From: an uncultured bacterium | GTDB taxonomy: Bacteria > Margulisbacteria > WOR-1 > JAKLHX01 | Assembly: GCA_964597815.1 (NCBI GenBank) | Contig: CAZQZN010000002.1 | Coordinates: forward strand, 15,436-79,435 | Length of the DNA: 64,000 bases | Reading direction: 5' to 3' | Part shown: positions 21,236-30,440 of the stretch, in pieces | Layout of the letters: each line of letters begins with the position of its first letter | Position numbering within the stretch: position 1 is the first letter of the stretch | Program-made: the position numbers and the translations under genes | The notes under the pieces: generated by a model | Told to the model about the DNA's origin: nothing | The model's database searches: none | What the model saw: the letters and a program-made list of their open reading frames with translations, nothing else

Positions 21236-22099
21236 TTAGTCCTCTATTTCAATTTTACCAGATTTTAGAATTCTAACTTTCTTGATATTCTTTGGATCTA
21301 AATTTGCAAATTTGCTTCCTATTTCATAAAATTTGTTCTTTGAACCACTCACGAAAAACTGATAATTGCTCAAATTTGATTTCTGGGGATTTAAAATTTT
21401 TTTATCAGCCAATATATTTTTTGCTTGTAAAACAGCTTCTTCAGCAGGATTGACAAATTTTACTTTCACGCCAGTTATTTCCCTCAAAACTTTTATCAAA
21501 TGAGGATAATGAGTACAACCAAGAATAAGAGTATCTATCCCTTCTTTAATTAAAGGCAAAAGATACTCTTTTGCAACATTTTTAGTTTCTTCAGTTTCTA
21601 TAAAACCGCCCTCAATCAAAGGCACAAATAGCGGACAAGCATTAGAAAATATCTTTACATCTTTGTCAATTTTTTTTATCGCTCTTTCATAAGCTCCTGA
21701 GTTAACAGTTGCTGATGTGGCAATTAAACCAACTTTTTTGTTTTTTGTCACAGCAACGGCAAATTTTGCGCCGGGTTCAATTAGAGAAATTATGGGAATT
21801 TTGTATAGATCTTTTACAATTGGATAAGCAATTGCAGATGATGTCCCACAGGCCATAATAACCATCTTTGTGCCCAACGAAGTTAAAAACTGCAATATTT
21901 CTTTGTTAAAACGAACAATTTCCTCTGGTTTTCTGCTTCCATAAGGAATTCTTAGAGTGTCGGCAAAATACAAAACATTTTCATTTGGCAAATTTTTACC
22001 CAGCTCTTTCAAAACAGAAAGCCCGCCAACACCTGAATCAAAAAGAGCTATTGGAAATTTTGCTTCGTTCGTTTGATCTGTTAAGTTATGCAAAAACAA
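21236..22099 (-). CDS. murI: Glutamate racemase
   Basis: FDSGVGGLSV, PYG, MACGTSS, LGCTHYP. Confidence 0.96.
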   Translation of the reverse strand: MFLHNLTDQTNEAKFPIALFDSGVGGLSVLKELGKNLPNENVLYFADTLRIPYGSRKPEEIVRFNKEILQFLTSLGTKMVIMACGTSSAIAYPIVKDLYKIPIISLIEPGAKFAVAVTKNKKVGLIATSATVNSGAYERAIKKIDKDVKIFSNACPLFVPLIEGGFIETEETKNVAKEYLLPLIKEGIDTLILGCTHYPHLIKVLREITGVKVKFVNPAEEAVLQAKNILADKKILNPQKSNLSNYQFFVSGSKNKFYEIGSKFANLDPKNIKKVRILKSGKIEIED

Positions 22100-22165
22100 A
22101 TCTCCTTTTGGAAATCAATGTAATATAATCTTAACTTAAAAATGATTTATGGGCAAATATTGTTA

Positions 22166-24325
22166 TTATCTAAGCAATTCAAAATACTGCTTTATTGCAA
22201 CAAACAAAACTTTCGCAATATAAGACTGCCATTGTGTATCAGTGGCTATTGCTTCTTCATACTGGTCGCTCAAATACAATGGCTCAACCAAGACAGAAGG
22301 AACACTATTCTTATAAACAACAAAAAATTTCATTTTTCTGACGCCACCATCTTTTCTCTTCAGATTATAAGTTAAGTTGTTGTGAATTATTTGAGCCAAT
22401 AGTTTGCTGTTTTCATTGTAATAATAAGTTTCTGTCCCTGAAATACCACTTTTTTCTGAAAGGTTAAAATGTATGCTGATAAACATATCCGGATTGTTCC
22501 TTTTTGTAAAATCAACTCTGTCCTGCAAACTGACAAAAACATCACTGTCTCTTGTTAAAAGAGGAATTGCTCCTGCATCAGATAAAAGCTTGGCTAATTT
22601 AAGAGCAGTTGACAAATTTAAATCCTTTTCCTTTATATGCTCGCCCGACAATCCTATTGCACCTGAGTCATGACCCCCATGACCCGGATCAATAACTATG
22701 ACTTTGCCAACCAATGCTTTCACTGTTTCCTGTTTTGGCAGAGATTTCTTCTGTTTTTCTACATACAAATATAATTGTTTTTTGTCTTCTGACAATGAAT
22801 AACTAAAAGGCAATGGCTGTTCGGTATCAATAACAACTCTTGAAGTAGGCGGCTCTTCTTTAAATTGACTTGCTCTTATTCGCAGAACACCGTATTTGTT
22901 AACTTCCAAATATCCTTTTGCCTGATAGATGACGTTTTCAAAATCAATCACAATTCTGTCAGGATCATCAAAACGTTTTAGAGTAAAATTTATGTTTTTA
23001 TTTGAGGAAATAGTAAACTTTATTGAATCTGCTTCCTCTGTAAATGAAATGTTTTTTATAACTGCTGGAAAAGAGATTTTTATTTTATCTTCAAATGGAT
23101 AAATTCTCAAAGGCAGAGGAGCCATCAGCGCAATTTTTAGCTTAACAGCATTCCCTTCCTGAAATGCTTTTATGTAGTCAATGTCGGATTTTTTAACTAG
23201 AATATATTTTTCATTGGTGTTAAGTATTAAATTGGGAAAAGTTATCTCATACAAATCTGTTTTTTCATCAAAACGCGCTTCAAAAGAAGCAACAGGCCAA
23301 AGAGATTTGATCGATATAACTGGCTGGCTGTCTTCTTCTAACAAAAATATATCTTCTATTGCATTTCCAACATAAAATGTCCTTGAAATGTTATTCCAAT
23401 AAACCTGCAATCCAATATTATTGCTTAAAGAAATAAATGGTATGTGCAAAATACCTTTTACCAAAACAGCAGGAACAGGCAATCTTTTCTTAAAACCATT
23501 GACAAATATTTCATCAGAGTCGGTTTTTAATTTTACTTCTATCTCATCTCCTTTAACAAACCTACTGACTTTGCTCTGCTTATCAAAAGAGAAATCAAAT
23601 CCTAAAAGGTCAAAATATTCCTTGGCGGGGAGCATAATTCTACCTTGCATCCAAACAACTTTTTTTGGAACTTTAAATTTTTTCCCGTTGACAAAAACAG
23701 AAAAAGATCCTTTTGAACTAAATCCTTCAATCATCGGCTTTTCAATAACTGGAATTTCTTTTGTGAAAGTTGAGGAAAATATCTCCTGAGGCATCTGATA
23801 AATTGATTCTATCTCTTTAGTTTCTTTTTGAGTTTCTCTTTTTGTATCAAGATTTGAAACATATGCATTTTTTTCTTCCATTGTTTGGATGGATTTAGCC
23901 ATAATAGTTATCTTGTTGTCATCAATGCTTTTTTCTGGCGTTTTAGAAAATATCGACACATAAATCGTTTTGCCATCCGCGCTTGAATACACTTTTTTTT
24001 CAATCGTTCTTTTTAAATCAACTACCAACCTAAAATTTGGCGGATTAGAGGTGTTTTGAGCCCATCTAATTGAAGTAATATTCATACTATCAACGTTGAT
24101 TTGTTGCAATCCGCCATCCCATAAGGCGTTTTTTATATCAACAACCAATCTGTCAGGATTTTTCAAAAAAAAGGCCCAAGGATCCAACGGCTTAGACAGT
24201 TTTATAGAAATTCTCTCTTCGGCTTTTAATTTGTCAAAGGAAACATCTAAAATTTCCTGAGCAAAAACAGCAGCACTTAAAAAAAACAAAATTGCGGTTA
24301 AAAAAAATGCACCTATTTTTTTCAT
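22166..24325 (-). CDS. N-acetylmuramoyl-L-alanine amidase (AMIN repeats, stalk domain, Amidase_3)
   Basis: Signal peptide; PDRLVVD/PDRIVID AMIN motifs; IDPGHGG, EKDLNL, SIHFN and VLVE zinc-site motifs. Confidence 0.9.
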   Translation of the reverse strand: MKKIGAFFLTAILFFLSAAVFAQEILDVSFDKLKAEERISIKLSKPLDPWAFFLKNPDRLVVDIKNALWDGGLQQINVDSMNITSIRWAQNTSNPPNFRLVVDLKRTIEKKVYSSADGKTIYVSIFSKTPEKSIDDNKITIMAKSIQTMEEKNAYVSNLDTKRETQKETKEIESIYQMPQEIFSSTFTKEIPVIEKPMIEGFSSKGSFSVFVNGKKFKVPKKVVWMQGRIMLPAKEYFDLLGFDFSFDKQSKVSRFVKGDEIEVKLKTDSDEIFVNGFKKRLPVPAVLVKGILHIPFISLSNNIGLQVYWNNISRTFYVGNAIEDIFLLEEDSQPVISIKSLWPVASFEARFDEKTDLYEITFPNLILNTNEKYILVKKSDIDYIKAFQEGNAVKLKIALMAPLPLRIYPFEDKIKISFPAVIKNISFTEEADSIKFTISSNKNINFTLKRFDDPDRIVIDFENVIYQAKGYLEVNKYGVLRIRASQFKEEPPTSRVVIDTEQPLPFSYSLSEDKKQLYLYVEKQKKSLPKQETVKALVGKVIVIDPGHGGHDSGAIGLSGEHIKEKDLNLSTALKLAKLLSDAGAIPLLTRDSDVFVSLQDRVDFTKRNNPDMFISIHFNLSEKSGISGTETYYYNENSKLLAQIIHNNLTYNLKRKDGGVRKMKFFVVYKNSVPSVLVEPLYLSDQYEEAIATDTQWQSYIAKVLFVAIKQYFELLR

Positions 24326-25647
24326 TTTTGGTAATATTTTTCTGCCAATTCTAAAAGTTTTTGTTTTGTATTAAATTTAGGATTTTCTATGACACAATCC
24401 AACAAATAATTTAATATCTTGCCTACTTGAGGTCCCTGCGGAATATCAAAATGTTTCATTATTACTTTGCCATCAATTTTTAAATCACTTAAATTTAGAG
24501 CATCTTCCTGCCTTAATATATTTTCTATCCTATCCTTAAATTCTCTTAAATAATCAATGTCAACTTCTCTTCCCATCGCTTTCATATCCGCTATTCTCAA
24601 TAAAAACAGATCTTCAATATTTTCTTTGCCAACTCTTTTTATGAAACGCCTGACAGCAGAATCAGTCCAATCTGAAGAATAATTAAACATGTGGTTTTTC
24701 ACTAAATTCTTTACTTCTTTTATGTCGTTTGAACCGAATTTTAATCTTTTCATAATTTTTTCAGAAGTATCAGCACCAATGGTATCATGACCATAAAAGG
24801 TGCTGCCAATTTTGCATTTTGGTTTGCTTATGTCATGCAACAAAGCCGCAAGGCGTAAAAGCGGCAATTCTTTCGGAGCAGCATCGCATGCATATATTGA
24901 ATGCCAATATACATCGTGAGCATGATATTTCTTTGGCTGTCTGACTTTAATACAAGCATATAGCTCTGGAATAATTATTTTAAGCAAACCACTTTTTCTC
25001 ATATATTCAAAAGCAATCGATGGCTTTTCAGCTGATAAAATTTTTAGTATTTCATCTCTTATCCTTTCATGGGCCACTTTCTTAAAAACAGAAATTGTCT
25101 TGCTAATTGCTGACAAAGTTTTTGGCTCAATAAAAAATTCTAACTTTGCCGCAAACCTGCACGCTCTAAGAGAACGAAGTCCATCTTCGCGGAACCTATT
25201 TATTGGATCTCCTACCGCTCTGACAACTTTTTTTTCAATATCCCGTCTTCCAAAAAACGGATCGATCAAATTCTTATGAATTGGGTCATATGCAATAGCA
25301 TTTATAGTAAAATCTCTTCTAGCCAAATCTTCAAAAATATCTTTTGTAAAAGACACTTTGTCTGGATGCCTGCCATCGGAATATTTTTCATCGTTTCTAA
25401 AAGTTGTTACTTCATAATCTCCGTCTTCAAGCTTTACCATAACAGTCCCGTACTTTATTCCTGTAGGAATAACTTTTTCAAAATAGGAAATTACTTGATT
25501 TGGCTTTGCATCAGTTGCAATATCCCAGTCATAAATGGGTTTATTTAACAACAAATCCCTTACAGCACCACCAACAATGTATGCTTTGTGGCCATTTGAA
25601 TGCAAAATATTAACAATATATTCTACGCCTTTTGGCAAATTAAACAT
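24322..25647 (-). CDS. cca: CCA-adding enzyme / tRNA nucleotidyltransferase with HD domain
   Basis: VGGAVRD, DWDIAT, DLARRDFTINA, LHDISKP. Confidence 0.88.
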   Translation of the reverse strand: MFNLPKGVEYIVNILHSNGHKAYIVGGAVRDLLLNKPIYDWDIATDAKPNQVISYFEKVIPTGIKYGTVMVKLEDGDYEVTTFRNDEKYSDGRHPDKVSFTKDIFEDLARRDFTINAIAYDPIHKNLIDPFFGRRDIEKKVVRAVGDPINRFREDGLRSLRACRFAAKLEFFIEPKTLSAISKTISVFKKVAHERIRDEILKILSAEKPSIAFEYMRKSGLLKIIIPELYACIKVRQPKKYHAHDVYWHSIYACDAAPKELPLLRLAALLHDISKPKCKIGSTFYGHDTIGADTSEKIMKRLKFGSNDIKEVKNLVKNHMFNYSSDWTDSAVRRFIKRVGKENIEDLFLLRIADMKAMGREVDIDYLREFKDRIENILRQEDALNLSDLKIDGKVIMKHFDIPQGPQVGKILNYLLDCVIENPKFNTKQKLLELAEKYYQK

Positions 25648-25656
25648 TTTAGAATC

Positions 25657-25685
25657 AGTTTACAATAACAAAAAAGTGTTGTCAA
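25657..25685 (-). promoter_or_regulatory. sigma70-type promoter for cca
   Basis: TTGACA-17 nt-TAAACT, 9 nt before the ATG. Confidence 0.65.
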
Positions 25686-25689
25686 AAAA

Positions 25690-26346
25690 TCATTTTAACA
25701 GATAAAAAGTAATGTCATAATCTCCCGGAAGATAGTTTGTTGAAATAGAAATGTTTGAGGTTATTGTTTTTAAATCATCAAAAATTTTCTGAGGATCATG
25801 GAAATAAAATCTCTTTAATTCGGTTTTTTGATGCCATTTAGGTATTAAAAGAAGAGCTTTTTCAGTTTGGAAATTGACGGACAACCCTTCATTTGCGCAA
25901 GCAAAAAGATCTTTTAGTTCAGAAGTATAATGCTTTGATATATCAAAATCTTCAGAAAATTTTAAGTTGTAAAGCCCTGAACAAACAATATAATCATATC
26001 TGTTCTGGAAAATATTTTCTTCCTTCAAAACAAAATTTGCATTTGGAAAGTTTTTTCTGGCTTCATTTAACAATTCTTTATTTATGTCTGTACCAATATA
26101 GTTTACTTGCCAAGAGCTCAAAAAACCTTCATCTTTGATAAACTTATATAAATGTCCTAAACCACAGCCAAAATCCAAGAGAGAAAAATCATTATATTTT
26201 TGCCCCATTGTACAAATTTTTAAAAGCTCAACAAATCTGCAATTTTGTGTAAATGGCGATTCCCAGCTTAAAGTCCTATGGCTAAATCCATATTTTTTGA
26301 GGCGTTGTGAAAAGTACTCTAATTGCTGTTGCTCATATTGATTCAT
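25690..26346 (-). CDS. Class I SAM-dependent methyltransferase
   Basis: LLDFGCGLG motif I; YDYIVCSG. Confidence 0.85.
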   Translation of the reverse strand: MNQYEQQQLEYFSQRLKKYGFSHRTLSWESPFTQNCRFVELLKICTMGQKYNDFSLLDFGCGLGHLYKFIKDEGFLSSWQVNYIGTDINKELLNEARKNFPNANFVLKEENIFQNRYDYIVCSGLYNLKFSEDFDISKHYTSELKDLFACANEGLSVNFQTEKALLLIPKWHQKTELKRFYFHDPQKIFDDLKTITSNISISTNYLPGDYDITFYLLK

Positions 26347-26469
26347 AAGTTATTTGTGAAAATTATATATGACACCATTCATAACTGCAAGAAAAAGAAT
26401 TTTGCAAAGTTATAAATTTTCTTTTTAAAATGTTCTGATTCTTTTTTTAAACACTTATGAAAATCAAAA

Positions 26470-26489
26470 GATGATTCAGAAAAATCATC
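26470..26489 (-). terminator. Possible weak intrinsic terminator downstream of ssrA
   Basis: 7-bp inverted repeat GATGATT/AATCATC followed by T-rich sequence on the minus strand; stem is AT-rich. Confidence 0.3.
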
Positions 26490-26536
26490 CTTCTGTTTTT
26501 TTTAGTTTTTTCTGCCAGATACAAATAAATTAAAAA

Positions 26537-26960
26537 TGGTGGAGCTGGCGGGAGTTAAACCCGCGTCCGAAAGGCTCAACATCCGAAGATCTACAAGCTT
26601 AGCCCTTTATTGAAGTTTCGCCTGTAAATAAAGCCAAGGGCAAGGCCATTTACAAGGCTATCCTTTCATTTAGTTTCCTCTTCCGCCCTGAAAGGAAAAG
26701 AGCAAAAGAGTATCCGATATTATGACGCCTTTACTTAGGCCTATCGGAAAACCTAAGAGACGTGATTCTCAATACTTAGGAGAATCAATTAGGCAACTTG
26801 AGCAACTGGCGCTTTTACATTAAGAAAAGTCCAGTCAACTCTCGCTACCAAACTCTCAAATGTTTCAGCATTTGATTTTTGCCGCAAAGTTTAACGAGGC
26901 TCACGGCACCTCGGCTTGCACTCCGGACCTATCACCTCCCGTCGAATTCCTTACAGCCCC
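26537..26960 (-). ncRNA. ssrA: tmRNA (424 nt)
   Basis: 5' GGGGCUG pairs with 3' CAGCUCC-ACCA including the G3.U wobble; T arm GCGGG/CCCGC; pk1 stems CGAGG/CCUCG and GCCG/CGGC; internal tag ORF; smpB nearby. Confidence 0.96.
26789..26869 (-). other. tmRNA tag reading frame: (A)AETFESLVARVDWTFLNVKAPVAQVA*
   Basis: GCU resume codon follows AAAUCAAAU just after pk1; TAA stop is followed by hairpin TGATTCTC/GAGAATCA. Confidence 0.75.
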
Positions 26961-26966
26961 ATCAAT

Positions 26967-27416
26967 TTATGTTTTTTTGACTTCTTTCTCTAATAAGGAA
27001 ATAAAATTCCTTACTTGTTCTTCATCTAAATTGCTTTCAAGAAGTTCAGCCAAATCTTGCCATGCTTTTGCTTCTTCCATCAACTCTTTGTTCTCTTTTA
27101 TTTTTTGAAGTTCTAATTCGATCTCTTTCTGCAATCTGCGATCAGCTTCTTCCATTGCAGCTTGAGGATTCAAAATTCCGGTTTCTTTTATAACCTTTTC
27201 TACTATATCCTCAAAAGACAACTCCTTCTCTTTTGCATCCATAGACAGAGCAGCCATTCTGACCGCTATTGCTTGAGAATCCAAAGCGTTTATGTCTTTG
27301 CTTACAGCCGATCTGGCCGGTGCCGTCTCTTTTCTTGTTTCATGAGTTTCATCCAATTTTTTCGGCGGTATTTGCGGAGACAGCGGCGGAGGAACTTGCC
27401 CAGGTATATTTATCAT
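26967..27416 (-). CDS. Hypothetical protein (149 aa; Pro-rich N-terminus, acidic helical body) ending 6 nt before ssrA
   Basis: AGGAGG 8 nt before ATG 27416; long open frame. Confidence 0.8.
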   Translation of the reverse strand: MINIPGQVPPPLSPQIPPKKLDETHETRKETAPARSAVSKDINALDSQAIAVRMAALSMDAKEKELSFEDIVEKVIKETGILNPQAAMEEADRRLQKEIELELQKIKENKELMEEAKAWQDLAELLESNLDEEQVRNFISLLEKEVKKT

Positions 27417-27438
27417 AATCAAAACCTCCTACATATTA

Positions 27439-27618
27439 TTATATCTTATCTTCTAACTCTAATTTTGCAAGCAAAACTGCAAGATTGGTAGCGTCTTTTT
27501 CTCTCATCTGCGGATATTCTTCTATAATCATTCTTTTAACTGATTCAACAACATCTAATCCGCTTCTATCTTTTTTTGTTGAAACCCCTTGGCTTTTGTT
27601 TTTATCTTTCTCTCTCAA
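27439..27618 (-). CDS. Small hypothetical protein, 59 aa, absent from the ORF track
   Basis: TTG start overlapping the smpB 3' end, GGAG about 10 nt upstream, fills the gap exactly; [59 protein letters not shown]. Confidence 0.6.
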   Translation of the reverse strand: MREKDKNKSQGVSTKKDRSGLDVVESVKRMIIEEYPQMREKDATNLAVLLAKLELEDKI

Positions 27619-28063
27619 TCAATTCTCTCTCCATTTCTCTATCAGCATCTCTCTTTTTTATTTCTCTTCTTTTGTCATACAATTTTTTACCCTTACATAA
27701 TGCTAACTCAATTTTTGCGTAATTTCCAGAAAAATATATTTTTAACGGCACAAGGACAAATCCTTTTTGCGATACTTTTCCTGCCAGCCTCCTTATTTCC
27801 GACTTTTTTAGCAACAATTTTCTGTTTCGTAAAGGATCCAGATTTTCTTTTCTTGCATAGCTATAAGGCGAAATATGCATATTGTATAAAACCATTTCCC
27901 CGTTTTCAATCTTCGCAAAACTATCTTTTAAATTGACTCTGCCAATGCGAATAGATTTTACTTCGTTCCCTTTAAGAACAATTCCTGCCTCAATAGTTTC
28001 TAAAACATAGTAATCAAAATAAGCTTTTCTGTTTTCTGCAATAATTTTTTTATATTTTGCCAT
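27602..28063 (-). CDS. smpB: SsrA-binding protein
   Basis: [40 protein letters not shown]. Confidence 0.98.
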   Translation of the reverse strand: MAKYKKIIAENRKAYFDYYVLETIEAGIVLKGNEVKSIRIGRVNLKDSFAKIENGEMVLYNMHISPYSYARKENLDPLRNRKLLLKKSEIRRLAGKVSQKGFVLVPLKIYFSGNYAKIELALCKGKKLYDKRREIKKRDADREMERELIERER

Positions 28064-28066
28064 AAA

Positions 28067-28771
28067 TTATTCAACCAATGAAATAACTATTTCTCTTAGA
28101 TATTCAGCCGTTTTATCAAGATCTTCATCACCAAAATCAGGATTTATTGGTTTGCCAATTTTTACTTTAACTACCGTTGGATTTACCAATAAAGAACCCT
28201 TTTTTTGAATATTATAACTTCCTGAAATTCCAATTGGCACAATTTGCGCTTTCGTTTCAAGAGCAAGCATAACAGAACCCTTTTTAAAGCTTGCAACTTT
28301 TCCATCGGGAGATCTTGTCCCTTCGGGGAAAATTAATATTGGATAGTTGTCTTTTAAATCTCTTGACAGATTCATGATAGTTTTACTTGCTAAGAGAGGA
28401 TTTTTTCTGTCAATAGGAACATCAGTCCTGTTTTTTAGATGCCAGCCAAAGATAGGTATTTTGAAGAGCTCTATTTTTGCGAGAAATCGGAAATTGGTCG
28501 GCAAAGTTGCCATGAGAATCGGAATATCAAAATTCCCCTGATGGTTGCAAACCAAAACTTTCGGCCCGGAAAAATTAAGGTTTTCTTCTCCACTCACTTC
28601 AACTTTTATACCGGCTAAATAAAGAATAGTTTTTGCCCAAATTTTTGAGATGATAAAAGATGCTTCTCTCTTATTACGGGGAAAAATGAACCAGAACAAT
28701 AAAATTATGCTTCCAAGAATGAAAAGCACAAAAAAGCATATGTAAAAAAATATTGTCTTTAATGTTCTCAT
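28067..28771 (-). CDS. plsC: 1-acyl-sn-glycerol-3-phosphate acyltransferase
   Basis: NHQGNFD, FLAKIELF, IFPEGTRS. Confidence 0.9.
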   Translation of the reverse strand: MRTLKTIFFYICFFVLFILGSIILLFWFIFPRNKREASFIISKIWAKTILYLAGIKVEVSGEENLNFSGPKVLVCNHQGNFDIPILMATLPTNFRFLAKIELFKIPIFGWHLKNRTDVPIDRKNPLLASKTIMNLSRDLKDNYPILIFPEGTRSPDGKVASFKKGSVMLALETKAQIVPIGISGSYNIQKKGSLLVNPTVVKVKIGKPINPDFGDEDLDKTAEYLREIVISLVE

Positions 28772-28856
28772 TGCCTATCGCTATTACCTATAAAATATAG
28801 CACAACAAAATCAGATGTGAAATTTTATTTTTTTTAATCGATAACAATATGACATT

Positions 28857-29126
28857 ATGGAAAACATAGAAAAAGCCGAAATAATTTCTGCAATATCAAA
28901 AAATTTGGATAATTCTTCTGTAAAAATATCAAAAAGCGATGACAACTATCCATTGTGCATTTATGATAGGCACCAAAGATGCCAAGTAAGGAAAAAACCA
29001 TTTAATATCTGCAAAAAATGTCCTATTGGATATATCTATTTTTACAAAAACCTCGTGCAAAATATTTATGAAAAGATTATTGGCTTATCAATTCTTATGA
29101 AAAAATTGTTGGATCCCCAAAAGTAA
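28857..29126 (+). CDS. Small hypothetical Cys-motif protein
   Basis: C-x7-C-x9-C-x2-C; divergent from plsC. Confidence 0.55.
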   Translation: MENIEKAEIISAISKNLDNSSVKISKSDDNYPLCIYDRHQRCQVRKKPFNICKKCPIGYIYFYKNLVQNIYEKIIGLSILMKKLLDPQK

Positions 29127-30213
29127 CAGCAAATAAATCAGATTTTTGGATCAGACCTTTTTTAACCAAAATCATTCCTGCATCAAACATTTTTACCATT
29201 TTTGAATTATTGATTATCTGATCCTTGTCAACATTGTTTTTAACGATTTCTCTTATCTTATCATCAAAGTATAAAACCTCAAAAATGCCTATCCTGCCCT
29301 TAAAACCAGAATAGTTGCACTCTTCACATTTTGGGCATATTCTTCTGACCAATCTTTGCGCAATTACACAAATCATAGCTGATGAGACAAAATACGGTTC
29401 AACCCCCATGTCAATGAGTCGTTCAACTGCTGAAGCAGCATCATTTGTGTGCAATGTTGAAAAAACAAGATGCCCTGTCATTGCGGATGCAACTGCAATT
29501 TTTGCTGTCTCGCTGTCTCTTATTTCACCAACCAAAATAATATCAGGATCTTGACGCAAAATTGAACGAAGTCCCCTGCTAAAATCGAGGCCAACTTTAT
29601 AATTTACTTGAATTTGGTTTATCCCTTGAATTTCATATTCAACAGGATCTTCTATTGTAACTATGTTCTTGCTTGGATCATTTATTTCGTTTATCGTTGA
29701 ATACAATGTTGTTGTTTTCCCACTGCCAGTAGGTCCTGTTATCAAAATAAGCCCAAATGGACGGCTTATAGATCTTCGATATATTTCTAACTGCCAATCC
29801 AATAAACCAAGCTCTGATAAAGACATCATCGCTTGGCTTTTGTTCAAAAGCCTTAGAACCGCTTTTTCGCCAAAAATTGTTGGAATTAAAGAAACTCTTA
29901 TATCAAAATGTTTGCCATCAATTAAAAAATGAAATTTCCCATCTTGAGGCAAGCGCGATTGGCCAATATCTGCACCAACCAAAATTTTAATCCTTGCGAT
30001 TACTTTTTGGGCTGTTTTGACATCCAAATGTTCTATTTCGTTTAACTGTCCATCAATTCGGCATCTAATCCTCATCCCTGACAAAAAAGGCTCAAAGTGA
30101 ATGTCGCTTGCCCTTGAAGATACGCATTTTCTTATCAGTTGATCAACGTAATCAACTATATCTTCAGAGTGTTGAGGCAAGATATTGTTGTTTTTTCTTG
30201 AAAACATATTCAA
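29095..30213 (-). CDS. GspE/PilB/ComGA-family pilus extension ATPase lacking the N-terminal domain
   Basis: ASDIHFEP, GPTGSGKTTT, TIEDPVE, LRQDPDIILVGEIRD, STLHT, CxxC pair. Confidence 0.92.
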   Translation of the reverse strand: MNMFSRKNNNILPQHSEDIVDYVDQLIRKCVSSRASDIHFEPFLSGMRIRCRIDGQLNEIEHLDVKTAQKVIARIKILVGADIGQSRLPQDGKFHFLIDGKHFDIRVSLIPTIFGEKAVLRLLNKSQAMMSLSELGLLDWQLEIYRRSISRPFGLILITGPTGSGKTTTLYSTINEINDPSKNIVTIEDPVEYEIQGINQIQVNYKVGLDFSRGLRSILRQDPDIILVGEIRDSETAKIAVASAMTGHLVFSTLHTNDAASAVERLIDMGVEPYFVSSAMICVIAQRLVRRICPKCEECNYSGFKGRIGIFEVLYFDDKIREIVKNNVDKDQIINNSKMVKMFDAGMILVKKGLIQKSDLFAVTFGDPTIFS

Positions 30214-30436
30214 AAGAAAATCCTATCAGGGCAAAAACATAGCCACCATCAAAATTAAAACCCAAAAATTTGCAATTTTTTTCTCTACACACTTCCATAA
30301 AAAGATCTATTACATAATTGATGCCTTTTGAAGCAACCAATTCTTTATAAGAAGAAACAGTAAAAACTGCCACTTTGTATATGAATTGCTTTTGTTTGTC
30401 TATCGCTATAAACTTTATAAAATCTTTTTCAAGCAT
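30164..30436 (-). CDS. Hypothetical 90-aa protein between comM and the pilus ATPase
   Basis: Strong SD (GAGGGGGTG) before ATG 30436; weak resemblance to a GGDEF half-domain. Confidence 0.6.
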   Translation of the reverse strand: MLEKDFIKFIAIDKQKQFIYKVAVFTVSSYKELVASKGINYVIDLFMEVCREKNCKFLGFNFDGGYVFALIGFSFEYVFKKKQQYLASTL

Positions 30437-30440
30437 ATTC

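Noticed and set aside
26500-26520. TCTGGCAGAAAAA resembling the sigma54 -24 element
   Set aside because: The -12 TTGC is missing and no gene start follows at a suitable distance
25690-26536. Methyltransferase and AT-rich gap after the ssrA 3' end as an integrated island
   Set aside because: No integrase, no duplicated ssrA 3' end (att) and no other mobile genes seen
30164-30213. Programmed frameshift fusing the 90-aa ORF to the pilus ATPase at an A6 run
   Set aside because: Fusion needs a +1 shift; the A_AAA_AAC heptamer is in the wrong frame for -1 slippage, and the ATPase has its own plausible start
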